A stretch of DNA of 62,220 nt, the filler included, from an uncultured bacterium (GTDB lineage Bacteria > CAYSBA01), in NCBI GenBank assembly GCA_964429075.1. It is 9 parts of 9 records of this genome, joined end to end, with 100 filler letters (N's around TTAATTAATTAA, not from the genome) between each part and the next. Parts side by side here need not be neighbours in the genome. Positions count along the whole stretch, not along the records: positions 1 to 7,031 come from CAYSBA010000062.1; positions 7,132 to 14,146 come from CAYSBA010000063.1; 7 more parts are not named here. One strand, 5' to 3'. Shown piece by piece: positions 1 through 9,380 of this stretch (position 1 is its first letter; the number at the start of each line of letters is the position of its first letter). The notes beneath the pieces were generated by a model that saw only the letters and a program-made list of their open reading frames with translations, made no database searches and was not told the DNA's origin. A program made the position numbers and the translations under genes.

Positions 1-1
1 G

Positions 2-1435
2 AAGGATGGTGATACAATAACAATTGCGCGCTTCAGGCTTGTTACACAAATAGCATTGCCCAAAAAGGCTGAATCGGATGAGACAGAAGATGTTTCTCAA
101 CCATTAAAGACAACCCCTATAACTCTTGATAAATCTGATGATATCCCAGAAGATCGTATGAATGAATACCGAGAGGTCCTGAAAATTGCCCACGATGCCC
201 TCCTTGAATATCTTGATCTGAAGAGGCTAAATGTGCATCAGATGGGTGATGAAGGACTTAGAGAGCGCACAAAGAAGGCCATTGATGACGTTATTGAACA
301 CATGGAACAAAATGGTGAGATCCCTGAATGGATAAAGATCGATATACTCAAAAAAGATATAATTAATGAGACACTCGGTCTTGGTCCTTTAGAAGATTTT
401 ATGGCAGATGATAGTATCACAGAGATTATGGTAAACAATGCCAAACAGATCTATATTGAAAAAAATGGTAAGGTTATACTAACAAACAAGACATTCTCAA
501 GTGACAAAACTGTTCTGTCTGTAATTGAGAGAATCGTTGCCCCAATTGGGAGAAGGATCGATGAGAGTTCCCCTATGGTTGATGCAAGATTAAAAGATGG
601 CTCACGAGTCAACGTGATAATTCCTCCTCTTGCAATTAAAGGACCCTGCATAACCATTAGAAAATTTAGAAAGAAAAATTTTACTGGCAAAGAACTGGTC
701 AAGATGAAAACCATGACAAAGGGAATGCACGAGTTCCTTAAAGTATGTGTTGTACACAAAAAAAATATCATTGTTTCTGGTGGTACTGGCTCTGGTAAAA
801 CAACTCTTTTAAATGTCCTGTCGCTCTTTGTCCCTGAGAATGAGAGAATAATTACAATAGAAGATTCTGCAGAACTCAGATTAACCCAGGAACATGTGGT
901 CTCACTTGAGGCACGTCCACCAAATATTGAAGGAAAGGGTGAAATCACCATAAGAGACCTTGTTAAAAATTCTCTCAGGATGAGGCCTGATAGGATCATC
1001 GTTGGAGAGTGTAGGAGTGGAGAGGCCCTCGACATGTTGCAGGCTATGAATACCGGGCATGAGGGTTCAATGACTACCCTGCATGCAAACAGCCCTCAGG
1101 ATGCAATTTCAAGACTTGAAACAATGTGTCTGATGGCCGGTATGGAAATCCCGATAAAGGCAATAAGGGAACAGATTGCCTCAGCAATCGATATCATTGT
1201 GCAGCAGAAGAGATTCCCCGGTGGAGAAAGGAAGATTGTTAAGATTTCTGAATTGACAGGCATTGAAGATGATAAAATAATACTTCAGGATATATTCTAT
1301 TTCAAACAGGATGGCTATGATAAAGATGGAAAGGTAATCGGAAGATTTGTTGCAACAGGGTTTATACCACAATTCTATCACGATCTTGCTGAAAGAGGGA
1401 TAAAAGTAAATATGAATATCTTTAGAGTTGAATGA
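2..1435 (+). CDS. cpaF: CpaF/TadA-family pilus assembly ATPase with probable N-terminal FHA domain (5' truncated)
   Basis: Walker A GGTGSGKTT, Asp box TIEDSAEL, LRMRPDRIIVGECRSGEA, His box NTGHEGSMTTLHAN, LGLGPLE and RRIDESSPMVDARL are all CpaF/TadA motifs. The frame is open back to position 2 (KDGDTITIARFRL, like the end of an FHA domain). Confidence 0.9.
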   Translation, partial: KDGDTITIARFRLVTQIALPKKAESDETEDVSQPLKTTPITLDKSDDIPEDRMNEYREVLKIAHDALLEYLDLKRLNVHQMGDEGLRERTKKAIDDVIEHMEQNGEIPEWIKIDILKKDIINETLGLGPLEDFMADDSITEIMVNNAKQIYIEKNGKVILTNKTFSSDKTVLSVIERIVAPIGRRIDESSPMVDARLKDGSRVNVIIPPLAIKGPCITIRKFRKKNFTGKELVKMKTMTKGMHEFLKVCVVHKKNIIVSGGTGSGKTTLLNVLSLFVPENERIITIEDSAELRLTQEHVVSLEARPPNIEGKGEITIRDLVKNSLRMRPDRIIVGECRSGEALDMLQAMNTGHEGSMTTLHANSPQDAISRLETMCLMAGMEIPIKAIREQIASAIDIIVQQKRFPGGERKIVKISELTGIEDDKIILQDIFYFKQDGYDKDGKVIGRFVATGFIPQFYHDLAERGIKVNMNIFRVE

Positions 1436-2997
1436 TGCCCAGATTTTACATTACCTATCCTACAGGTGAAAATAAAACAATAGAGAAAAAATCTGGAAGG
1501 ATTGGTATTGGCTCTGCCGATCATTCTGATATAACTATTAGAAAAGAGCATTCCATGGGTTCAACAGCCATACTCGATATAAATGAAAATGGGATATTCA
1601 TAATCGAATCCAGTGGTAGGGTTTATCATAATTTAAGAAGGCCTGAGAGAGGCAGTCTAATAGAAGATGGTGATGTCCTGAGGTTGGGTAATGTTGTTAT
1701 AAGGATAAAGCTCAAAGACTCAAAGGCAACCTCAAAGAAAAAGAGACTGCTCGTTATAGTTGCAGTTTTCTTTATAATATTATTGATAGCACTTTTAAGT
1801 ATTTCTGTAAGTAAAAAAAGGAAATCTGTACTGAGAAAAAAGAGATCCACAACCATGTCCCTTGAATCGATTGATAAAAAAATAGAAAAGATGGAACAAA
1901 AGATAGAAGATCTGCTTGCAATAAATCAGTGGGACACAGCACTTGCCACCCTCAAACTCCTTGAAGACATCGATCCATTAAATCCCAAGATAACAGAATT
2001 TAAAAAGAGGATAGAGAAAGGCAAAAGAAATGAAAAACTAAAAAGGGATGCAGATATAAAATATGATGTAGGCAAGGATCAGGAGGCCTATGATCTTTAT
2101 ATGAAGATTGATAAAGACAGCGTATACTATTACAAATCCATGAACCGGATTGCAGAATTAAAAGAGAGGTTGAGTAACAAATACAGAGGAGAGGGGCTGG
2201 GATATTTAAGGGCAGGTAATTACAAAAAGGCAAGAGATTATCTAATTAAGTACGTATTGCTTGGTAATCGTGACAAATCGATACTGAATGATATCAGATA
2301 TTGTGAGAAACAATTAAGATATAAAGGTATCAAAGTAACGCCATTTAAATTAAAAGAAAATAGAGCACCCTCAAAAGAGCATGAAAGCATTATAAAGAAG
2401 TTGAGACTATTCTACGGGGAGAGCAAACTTACCGATGGTATAATCAAATTCTATAGAGGTGATATGGATGAAGGCATAAAGATAATAAACAGGGAGCTCT
2501 CAAAAAACAAGGACCCCCAAAAGACTGAAGAAATCAATAAAATACTGATGAATCTTACTTTCATGAAGGGTAAGTATAACGAAGCGCAGAGCCTAATTCT
2601 TGACGAACAGTTAGACAGGGCCTTTAAACTTTTGCAAAAGATAAAAGATACTGAAAAAAAATTGTTTCTGGGGGCAGAATCATTTGCAACAAGTGAATTA
2701 AAAAAACAGCTTGCTACAGGATATTTCAAGGCCGGCGATCGCGCCTTTAAGATGAAATTATACAAAACAGCCTTTAAGGCATGGGAAAGGGGTTACAGAT
2801 TGAACAAAAATAATGTCAATATATTAAAAGGACTTGCAAAATTAGAGAAGATTGCAGAAAACTATCTTGTAGAGGCAAATCAACTTGCACAGACAGGGCG
2901 AATGGAAGATGCAAGAAATAGGTGGAAAATGGTTTGTAAGATCACAAAACCTGATAGTGAACTCTGCAGGAAGGCAAAAGAAAATTTGAATCGTTAA
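1432..2997 (+). CDS. FHA-like domain / single TM / TPR-repeat protein
   Basis: N-terminal IGIGSADHSDITI...LIEDGDVLRLGNVVIRI is a degenerate FHA pattern; one TM (LLVIVAVFFIILLIALLSI); helical TPR-like repeats follow; overlaps the ATPase stop (ATGA). Confidence 0.65.
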   Translation: MMPRFYITYPTGENKTIEKKSGRIGIGSADHSDITIRKEHSMGSTAILDINENGIFIIESSGRVYHNLRRPERGSLIEDGDVLRLGNVVIRIKLKDSKATSKKKRLLVIVAVFFIILLIALLSISVSKKRKSVLRKKRSTTMSLESIDKKIEKMEQKIEDLLAINQWDTALATLKLLEDIDPLNPKITEFKKRIEKGKRNEKLKRDADIKYDVGKDQEAYDLYMKIDKDSVYYYKSMNRIAELKERLSNKYRGEGLGYLRAGNYKKARDYLIKYVLLGNRDKSILNDIRYCEKQLRYKGIKVTPFKLKENRAPSKEHESIIKKLRLFYGESKLTDGIIKFYRGDMDEGIKIINRELSKNKDPQKTEEINKILMNLTFMKGKYNEAQSLILDEQLDRAFKLLQKIKDTEKKLFLGAESFATSELKKQLATGYFKAGDRAFKMKLYKTAFKAWERGYRLNKNNVNILKGLAKLEKIAENYLVEANQLAQTGRMEDARNRWKMVCKITKPDSELCRKAKENLNR

Positions 2998-3002
2998 ATG
3001 TG

Positions 3003-3902
3003 ATGGATCTTGAAGACATAAAAGAGTTAGCAATAGTAATAAGACGATCAACAAGAAATGGTAAACAAATCTACGAAGATCTGAAAGATTGGTTTAACAA
3101 ACGCAACATAATAGCGTTTGCAGATAAAGAGACAGCCGAACGTTTTGGCATAGATCAATCGATTGAATGGGAGGATATAAGGAAGAATATCAAACTTGTT
3201 GTGGTTTGTGGAGGCGATGGAACGATGCTTCACTCATTTAACCTGCTTAAAGACAGCAGGGTACCTGTTATGGGGATTAACATTGGTAATCTTGGTTTTC
3301 TTGCAACTGTAACCTATTCAAAACGTTTTGAGGCCCTTGAGGCAGTGTTGTCTGGTAGATTCATAGTCGATGAGCGTAGAAAACTCTCTGTGACCTTAGA
3401 GAGAGATGGGAAATTTACGCCATTTAACGATGCACTTAATGATGTTGTTATAAATAAGGGTGCCCTTGCAAGGATAGCAACCCTTGAACTTATTTTAAAT
3501 AAAAAACGCGTCGCTGTATACAGAGCTGACGGGCTTATTATCTCCACACCAACCGGTTCAACTGCATATTCGATGGCCGCAGGTGGACCTATCTTACAGC
3601 ACCATCTTGACAACATCCTTATAACTCCAATCTGTCCACATTCTTTAACATTCAGACCTATAGTTTTAAGGGGTGATTCTGAGACATCTATCCGATTAAT
3701 TTCAGACAACGGAACCGTCTTTCTCACAATAGATGGTCAGAGAGGTACTCCATTAAAGAGATACGATGTGGTGCATGTTAAGATGAGTGACTCTACGGCA
3801 ATCATGGTGCATCCAGAAGGGTATGATTTCTTTTCAGTTCTTCAGGAGAAGCTCTTTTGGGGAGAGAGGTGGCGAAATGGTGAAGTGGATCGAGATATTT
3901 AA
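3003..3902 (+). CDS. nadK: NAD(+) kinase
   Basis: GGDGTML, GINIGNLGFL, ALNDVV, DGLIISTPTGSTAYSMAAGGPI, PICPHSL motifs; upstream of recN as usual. Confidence 0.95.
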   Translation: MDLEDIKELAIVIRRSTRNGKQIYEDLKDWFNKRNIIAFADKETAERFGIDQSIEWEDIRKNIKLVVVCGGDGTMLHSFNLLKDSRVPVMGINIGNLGFLATVTYSKRFEALEAVLSGRFIVDERRKLSVTLERDGKFTPFNDALNDVVINKGALARIATLELILNKKRVAVYRADGLIISTPTGSTAYSMAAGGPILQHHLDNILITPICPHSLTFRPIVLRGDSETSIRLISDNGTVFLTIDGQRGTPLKRYDVVHVKMSDSTAIMVHPEGYDFFSVLQEKLFWGERWRNGEVDRDI

Positions 3903-5448
3903 CTATGCTGTAATTGACCACCTCAAGATTGAATTTACAGATGGACTGAACATATTGACCGGAGAGACCGGTGCTGGGAAAAGTATTATTATCGATGCAA
4001 TGATGTCGCTTGCCGGTAAAAGACTTGATAAGACCATTATTAGAAAGGAAGAAAAAGAGACAATTATAAGGGCTCTAATAATAAATAATAACAGTCAAAT
4101 CCAGATTGAGAGAAGGATTACCAGAAAAAATAGCAAAAATTTTATAGACAAAAAGAGTGTCAGTCTACAAAAACTAAAGGAATTGATTGCCCCACACTTT
4201 GTTATTGCATCACAACATGGGACAAAAGAACTACTCAACAGCTCACAACATCTTTTTATTTATGATGATCTTGCAGATACAAGCAAGCTCAGGAAGGATG
4301 TCAAAAGATATTTCCGCAGCCTATGTGAACTCAGACATCAGATATCCAATCTTGAAAAGGACCTTGCAGGCGGTAGTCAGATGATAGATGTATATGAACA
4401 TCAGCTCAATGAATTGCAGGATTTTGCACCATCAATAGAGGACTATGAAACTCTAAAAAAGAGGGTCAAATTCTATGATCTGGCAAAAACACAGCGGATG
4501 TTACTTGCAGGACTTTTAAACCGTCTATATGAGGATGAAGGATCGGTTTTGCAACTTCTTTCTGAGGCCAACAACCTCTTTAGCCAGTCGGAAGATGAAA
4601 ATCTAAAAAGGATTAAAGATAATCTTGTAGAACTTGAAGGTATGCTTGATATGATTTCTGACGACATCCATGCTGCTCTACAGTACCTTGATTATGATGA
4701 ATTCGATTATGAAGAAGCAAAGAAAAAGCTTGATCGTTACAGTGAGTTGATGCTAAAATATGATGTCAATGATATAAGTGAATTAATAGATCAAATAGAC
4801 AGGTTATCAGAACTTGTAGAGAGACTAAAAGGTGGGGATAAACTTCTTTTGCAATTAAAAGATAGATACAGCAGTATAAAAAACGAGGTAGTTAAAAGGG
4901 CTCAACTACTCAGACAGAGAAGGCTATCACAGAAAAAACGGATTGAACAAAAGATCTGTAAACTACTTTCTGATCTTAATGGTGGATTTGCTGAGTTCTG
5001 TGTAGAGATAACCCAAAGAGAGATTCCAGAAGGTGTGGATGAAACTGGTGCAGAGGGTATAAGATTTTTGATAAACATGAATGTTGGAGAGAGTCCAGGT
5101 CCAGTAGACTATATCGCCTCTGGTGGAGAGCTTTCAAGACTATATCTCGCACTCTCTGTAATGGGTAGTGAAAAAAACAAGACCTTTATTTTTGATGAGG
5201 TCGATACAGGGGTTGGTGGAATGACAGCCATTTCAGTTGGGAATCTTCTTAAAAGGCTTTCTAAAAGCAGTCAGGTGATCTGTGTTACCCATCTGCCGCA
5301 GATTGCCAAGTTTGCAGACAGGCACATAAAGGTTGAAAAATTCACAGATGGATCAAGGACATATGCGAGGGCAAGGGTAATAGATAGTAGCAAAGAGATA
5401 GAACAGGAAATGAAAAGGATGACAGGTGAAAGTATGGAGATTCAATGA
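3877..5448 (+). CDS. recN: DNA repair protein RecN
   Basis: LTGETGAGKSII, ASGGELSR, IFDEVDTGVGG, QVICVTHLPQIA; likely start ATG 3877 after GAGGTGG. Confidence 0.93.
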   Translation: MVKWIEIFNYAVIDHLKIEFTDGLNILTGETGAGKSIIIDAMMSLAGKRLDKTIIRKEEKETIIRALIINNNSQIQIERRITRKNSKNFIDKKSVSLQKLKELIAPHFVIASQHGTKELLNSSQHLFIYDDLADTSKLRKDVKRYFRSLCELRHQISNLEKDLAGGSQMIDVYEHQLNELQDFAPSIEDYETLKKRVKFYDLAKTQRMLLAGLLNRLYEDEGSVLQLLSEANNLFSQSEDENLKRIKDNLVELEGMLDMISDDIHAALQYLDYDEFDYEEAKKKLDRYSELMLKYDVNDISELIDQIDRLSELVERLKGGDKLLLQLKDRYSSIKNEVVKRAQLLRQRRLSQKKRIEQKICKLLSDLNGGFAEFCVEITQREIPEGVDETGAEGIRFLINMNVGESPGPVDYIASGGELSRLYLALSVMGSEKNKTFIFDEVDTGVGGMTAISVGNLLKRLSKSSQVICVTHLPQIAKFADRHIKVEKFTDGSRTYARARVIDSSKEIEQEMKRMTGESMEIQ

Positions 5449-6038
5449 AGATCTTAATTGGAACAAAAAATGAAAAAAAATTTAAAGAGATAGAAAATAT
5501 TCTTAGTACATTTTGCACAGATGTTAAATGTGTTGCACCAGAGTCATGGGTTTCTCCAAAAGAGGATGGTCATACCTTTAGAGAAAATGCAATAATAAAG
5601 GCAGAATTCTACTTTAAGGAATATGGCATGCCTGTAATTGTAGAGGATTCTGGTCTTTGCGTTTATGCGCTAAATGGAGAGCCAGGCATATATTCAGCAA
5701 GATACGCAAGTAGTTGTGGGAATTCTGAAAGTAATATTGATAAGCTACTCAAAAAGCTAAAGGATGTACCAATACCTAAAAGAAAGGCCTATTTTTACTG
5801 TCATGCAATCTATTTAGATAGGGATTATACCGTTGAGGCAAATGGCAGGGTGGAAGGAATCATATTAAAGGAAAGGCGTGGGAGATCCGGTTTTGGATAT
5901 GACCCTGTTTTTTTCTTCCCACCATACGGACGCACCTTTGCACAACTTTCAACAGAATTAAAAAATCGAGTAAGTCACAGAAGAAGGGCACTTTTATCAC
6001 TTATTTCAAAAATCAAAAAAAGAGGGATCTGTGTCTAA
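5445..6038 (+). CDS. rdgB: RdgB/HAM1 non-canonical purine NTP pyrophosphatase
   Basis: TFRENAIIKA, EDSGLCVYALNGEPGIYSARY, GFGYDPVF, KNRVSHR. Confidence 0.95.
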   Translation: MKILIGTKNEKKFKEIENILSTFCTDVKCVAPESWVSPKEDGHTFRENAIIKAEFYFKEYGMPVIVEDSGLCVYALNGEPGIYSARYASSCGNSESNIDKLLKKLKDVPIPKRKAYFYCHAIYLDRDYTVEANGRVEGIILKERRGRSGFGYDPVFFFPPYGRTFAQLSTELKNRVSHRRRALLSLISKIKKRGICV

Positions 6039-6777
6039 GATTTTGCTAATCAAAGATAGGTACTACGCAACCGATCCTGTTTTCTTAGTTAGAAGGCTGC
6101 CAGACAGGTTTAAAGAACCCGGCGCCTTTTTGGCCTCTGTATTCGCCCTTGGAAGAATGGAGCTGATTACAAGTTTCCTTTCACAACTCTTCGATGAAAT
6201 TATTTTGTTAGAACCCGCTGAGCTCTTATTGTGGAAAAACGATTCGGGACTCTATTACAGATTTTTCTCAGCTCAAATGGTAGAGACAATAGTAAACTTC
6301 TGCGGATTCTTGTACGATTACTATGGCAGTATAGAGAGGGCCTTTCTGGAACTTGGGGGCACTGAGAGTATCTGTCTCGGGATATCTGGAATTAGCAACT
6401 GTTTTAAAGATTTTGTTAATATTTATACAAAAGAACTATTTGATAAGAGGCTAATAAGTATGGCATTCCCTGATCCAAAAAGAGGATCAGCTTGTAAAAG
6501 GATGTGCCTTTTTTTAAGATGGATGGTAAGGGATCAGTATCCAGACATTGGTCTCTGGAGCAGGATCAAACCAAAAGACCTTGTTGTTCCTCTCGATGTA
6601 CACATTTTAGACTATGCATTTCAAAAGGGTATTATATCTTCTAAGAATAGTAGCTGGAAAAAGGCACTTAAGATTACAGACTATTTTAGACAATTAAATC
6701 CCAAAGACCCCCTTTTTAGAGAGATGAAGGTATGTCACATGATCAAGCAGAAGAAAGAAGGTCTGATAAGGAATTGA
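6031..6777 (+). CDS. TIGR02757/DUF2400-like protein
   Basis: SACKRMCLFLRWMVR...DIGLW...LVVPLDVH signature. Confidence 0.8.
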   Translation: MSKILLIKDRYYATDPVFLVRRLPDRFKEPGAFLASVFALGRMELITSFLSQLFDEIILLEPAELLLWKNDSGLYYRFFSAQMVETIVNFCGFLYDYYGSIERAFLELGGTESICLGISGISNCFKDFVNIYTKELFDKRLISMAFPDPKRGSACKRMCLFLRWMVRDQYPDIGLWSRIKPKDLVVPLDVHILDYAFQKGIISSKNSSWKKALKITDYFRQLNPKDPLFREMKVCHMIKQKKEGLIRN

Positions 6778-6953
6778 GTCTCATCTATATCTTTAGCCTC
6801 TTTTTGCTACTCTTTATAGTAATAAGGGGATATATCATTGATATGAATCCAGCTCCGAATTATCCGGTAATAGATGTTGCAGCTGTAAAAAAACGGATAA
6901 AAGAGCGAGGACTTGTACCAAGAAAAGCAAGGTTCTTCATAAAAAAGTATTAG
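6732..6953 (+). CDS. small membrane-anchored hypothetical protein
   Basis: 73-aa ORF with one hydrophobic segment and a basic tail, codirectional with the operon; start uncertain. Confidence 0.4.
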   Translation: MSHDQAEERRSDKELSLIYIFSLFLLLFIVIRGYIIDMNPAPNYPVIDVAAVKKRIKERGLVPRKARFFIKKY

Positions 6954-7031
6954 CTATTATTAATCTCTAAATGATATTAACCAAATAACTAATCTTTGAT
7001 AAAGATAAGTATCAACTGGCCAAAAGTATTG

Positions 7032-7131
7032 NNNNNNNNNNNNNNNNNNNNNNNNNNNNNNNNNNNNNNNNNNNNTTAATTAATTAANNNNNNNNNNNNN
7101 NNNNNNNNNNNNNNNNNNNNNNNNNNNNNNN
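7032..7131. other. artificial contig linker
   Basis: N44-TTAATTAATTAA-N44, stops in all six frames. Confidence 0.98.
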
Positions 7132-7165
7132 ATTTTACTATCGCCTTTCAAAAGACCCAATGTTC

Positions 7166-7193
7166 TTGACCATTTTAGAAGTCTATATATAAT
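7166..7193 (+). promoter_or_regulatory. putative sigma70 promoter of the glmL-like operon
   Basis: TTGACC-N16-TATAAT about 70 nt upstream of the first ORF, which has an RBS GGGGAGAGG. Confidence 0.6.
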
Positions 7194-7262
7194 GCTACCA
7201 GACGGCAAAAAATCTGAACTCTATGAAATATTAAAGAAAAAAATCAACAATAGGGGAGAGGA

Positions 7263-7547
7263 TTGAACAGAGCTAACAAATTGGAAAACCTTCTCAATTG
7301 CGACGATAAAAACAGGCTTATGAATGAGATTGCTGATAGAGTTACCAGTTCTGGTCTTGGAGTACCCGCGATATTTATTTTGGAGATGTTTAAGCCACTT
7401 ACCTTTGTTTTTTCGAGTCTAATGCACGTCTTTGGTCCCCTTGTCCATACCTTTGGTGAACTGCCGGCATACTCAAAAGTTGCAGAAATATTAGAAAATA
7501 GAAATGATTTTGAGGAACTTATAAAAAAGATTGAACATCGCTTATGA
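7263..7547 (+). CDS. small hypothetical protein, first gene of glmL-like operon
   Basis: TTG start with strong RBS; motif IADRV..GLGVPAIFILEMFKPL...LENR..E.LI..IE. Confidence 0.7.
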   Translation: MNRANKLENLLNCDDKNRLMNEIADRVTSSGLGVPAIFILEMFKPLTFVFSSLMHVFGPLVHTFGELPAYSKVAEILENRNDFEELIKKIEHRL

Positions 7548-7560
7548 TCAGGGTGTATCT

Positions 7561-9378
7561 ATGGAAGAGATGAAAAAGGACTTTTCAAATATTAAATCTG
7601 TCCTGGCGACAGACTGCGGTAGTACCACAACAAAGGCTATCCTGATTGAAAAACGGGGTGATGAGTACAGACTAATCGTAAGGGGTGAAGCACCTACAAC
7701 CGTGGAAGCTCCATTTGAAGATGTAACAAAGGGTGTATTAAATGCAATTATGGAGGTGGAAGATCTAGTTGGTAGAAAGATCTTAGATGGAGACAGAATA
7801 ATAACTCCACAGCAGGGTAATGTTGGCGTGGATGCGTATATCTCTACCTCAAGTGCAGGTGGTGGATTACAGATGATGGTAGCAGGTGTAATCAGAAGTA
7901 TGACTGCAGAAAGTGCGGCAAGGGCAGCTCTCGGTGCAGGTGCAATAGTACTTGAATCGATTGCATCTAACGATGGCAGAATGCCCCATGAAAAGATAGA
8001 GGTTATAAGACAGCTGAGACCTGATATGATCCTCCTTGCCGGTGGTGTGGATGGAGGCACAAAGAAGCATATAATAGAACTTGCCGAATTAATTGCTTCT
8101 GCAAACCCAAAACCAAGACTCGGTATTGGTTACAAACTACCCCTGATATATGCAGGGAATCAGGCCATCAATGATAAGATACAAGAAATATTGTCTGAAA
8201 AAACTGATCTTCATATTGTACCAAATGTTAGACCTACCCTTGATACTGAAAATCTGCAGCCTGCAAGAGACAAGATTCACGACCTATTTATGGAACATGT
8301 AATGGCACAGGCACCCGGATATAAAAAACTGATGAGCTGGACTGATGCACCTATAATGCCAACACCTGGTGCTGTGGGATTACTCATTCAGACGATTGCA
8401 AGAAATGAAAATATAAATGTGGTTGGTGTTGATATTGGTGGAGCAACTACAGATGTGTTCTCTGTATTTGATGGGCAATTCAACCGTACAGTAAGTGCAA
8501 ATCTTGGGATGTCATACAGCATTTCTAACGTCCTTGCAGAGGCTGGCATCAAAAATATACTCAGATGGGTGCCATTTGATGTGGATGAAGTGGAATTGAG
8601 AAACAGGATTGGTAACAAGATGATAAGACCAACCACAGTACCCCATCTCTTAGATGATTTAAAGGTAGAGCAGGCAATTGCAAGGGAGGCCCTGAGACTG
8701 GCATTTATCCAACACAAACAGTTTGCCGTAGAATTAAAGGGTGTACAGCGCCTGAAAACTATCACTGAGACTTTTTCACAAGAGGTTGCAGGAAAGACCC
8801 TTGTCAACATGTTAAAACTCGATATGATTGTTGGAAGTGGTGGTGTACTTTCTCATGCACCGAGGCGATCACAGGCTGCAATGATGATGATTGATGCATT
8901 CTTGCCAGAAGGTATAACAGAACTTACTGTTGACAGTATCTTTATGATGCCCCATCTTGGAGTACTATCAACTCTAAATGAGAGGGCTGCAACCGAGGTC
9001 TTTGAAAAGGACTGTCTGATAAGACTTGGTTATTGCATAGCACCTGTTGGTAACTCTACCTATGGCAAACCATGCCTTGATGTTGAAATAAAATTTGAAG
9101 ATGGCAACATATATCGAGAATCAATCAAGTTTGGCGAGTTAAAATTAATTCCTGTGCCGATTGACAAAAAGGTTCAGGCGAGGTTTACTCCAATGCGTGG
9201 ATTCAATATGGGAGAGGGAAATAAAGTCCCCGTTGAGAGGGAACTTCATGGGGGAGTGGTGGGTTTAATAATCGATTGTCGAGGCAGACCTCTCAGGATC
9301 CCGGAAGATAAATCTGAGAGGCTGAGATTGTTAAAAATGTGGTTTGATGAGATGGGATTATATCCAGATCAGGGTTAA
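7561..9378 (+). CDS. GlmL/MutL (glutamate mutase L)-like ASKHA-family ATPase
   Basis: Two ASKHA phosphate motifs (ATDCGSTTTK, GVDIGGATTDVFS), SSAGGGLQM, PDMILLAGGVDGG, IMPTPGAV, RTVSANLGM, GSGGVLSHAP. Confidence 0.85.
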   Translation: MEEMKKDFSNIKSVLATDCGSTTTKAILIEKRGDEYRLIVRGEAPTTVEAPFEDVTKGVLNAIMEVEDLVGRKILDGDRIITPQQGNVGVDAYISTSSAGGGLQMMVAGVIRSMTAESAARAALGAGAIVLESIASNDGRMPHEKIEVIRQLRPDMILLAGGVDGGTKKHIIELAELIASANPKPRLGIGYKLPLIYAGNQAINDKIQEILSEKTDLHIVPNVRPTLDTENLQPARDKIHDLFMEHVMAQAPGYKKLMSWTDAPIMPTPGAVGLLIQTIARNENINVVGVDIGGATTDVFSVFDGQFNRTVSANLGMSYSISNVLAEAGIKNILRWVPFDVDEVELRNRIGNKMIRPTTVPHLLDDLKVEQAIAREALRLAFIQHKQFAVELKGVQRLKTITETFSQEVAGKTLVNMLKLDMIVGSGGVLSHAPRRSQAAMMMIDAFLPEGITELTVDSIFMMPHLGVLSTLNERAATEVFEKDCLIRLGYCIAPVGNSTYGKPCLDVEIKFEDGNIYRESIKFGELKLIPVPIDKKVQARFTPMRGFNMGEGNKVPVERELHGGVVGLIIDCRGRPLRIPEDKSERLRLLKMWFDEMGLYPDQG

Positions 9379-9380
9379 CT

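Noticed and set aside
6700-6777. Frameshift at the end of the TIGR02757-like gene (no DPVKYDFAL)
   Set aside because: DPLFREMKVCH aligns without gaps to DPxKYDFALCH, so divergence explains it.
7195-7260. Riboswitch in the leader of the glmL-like operon (GGCAAA, c-di-GMP-like; or cobalamin)
   Set aside because: The leader is only about 65 nt and lacks the second stem and other conserved motifs; no B12 box is visible.
7561-9378. Calling the ATPase DNA mismatch repair MutL or evidence of glutamate fermentation
   Set aside because: It has ASKHA motifs, not GHKL motifs, and no mutase subunits are present on the contig.
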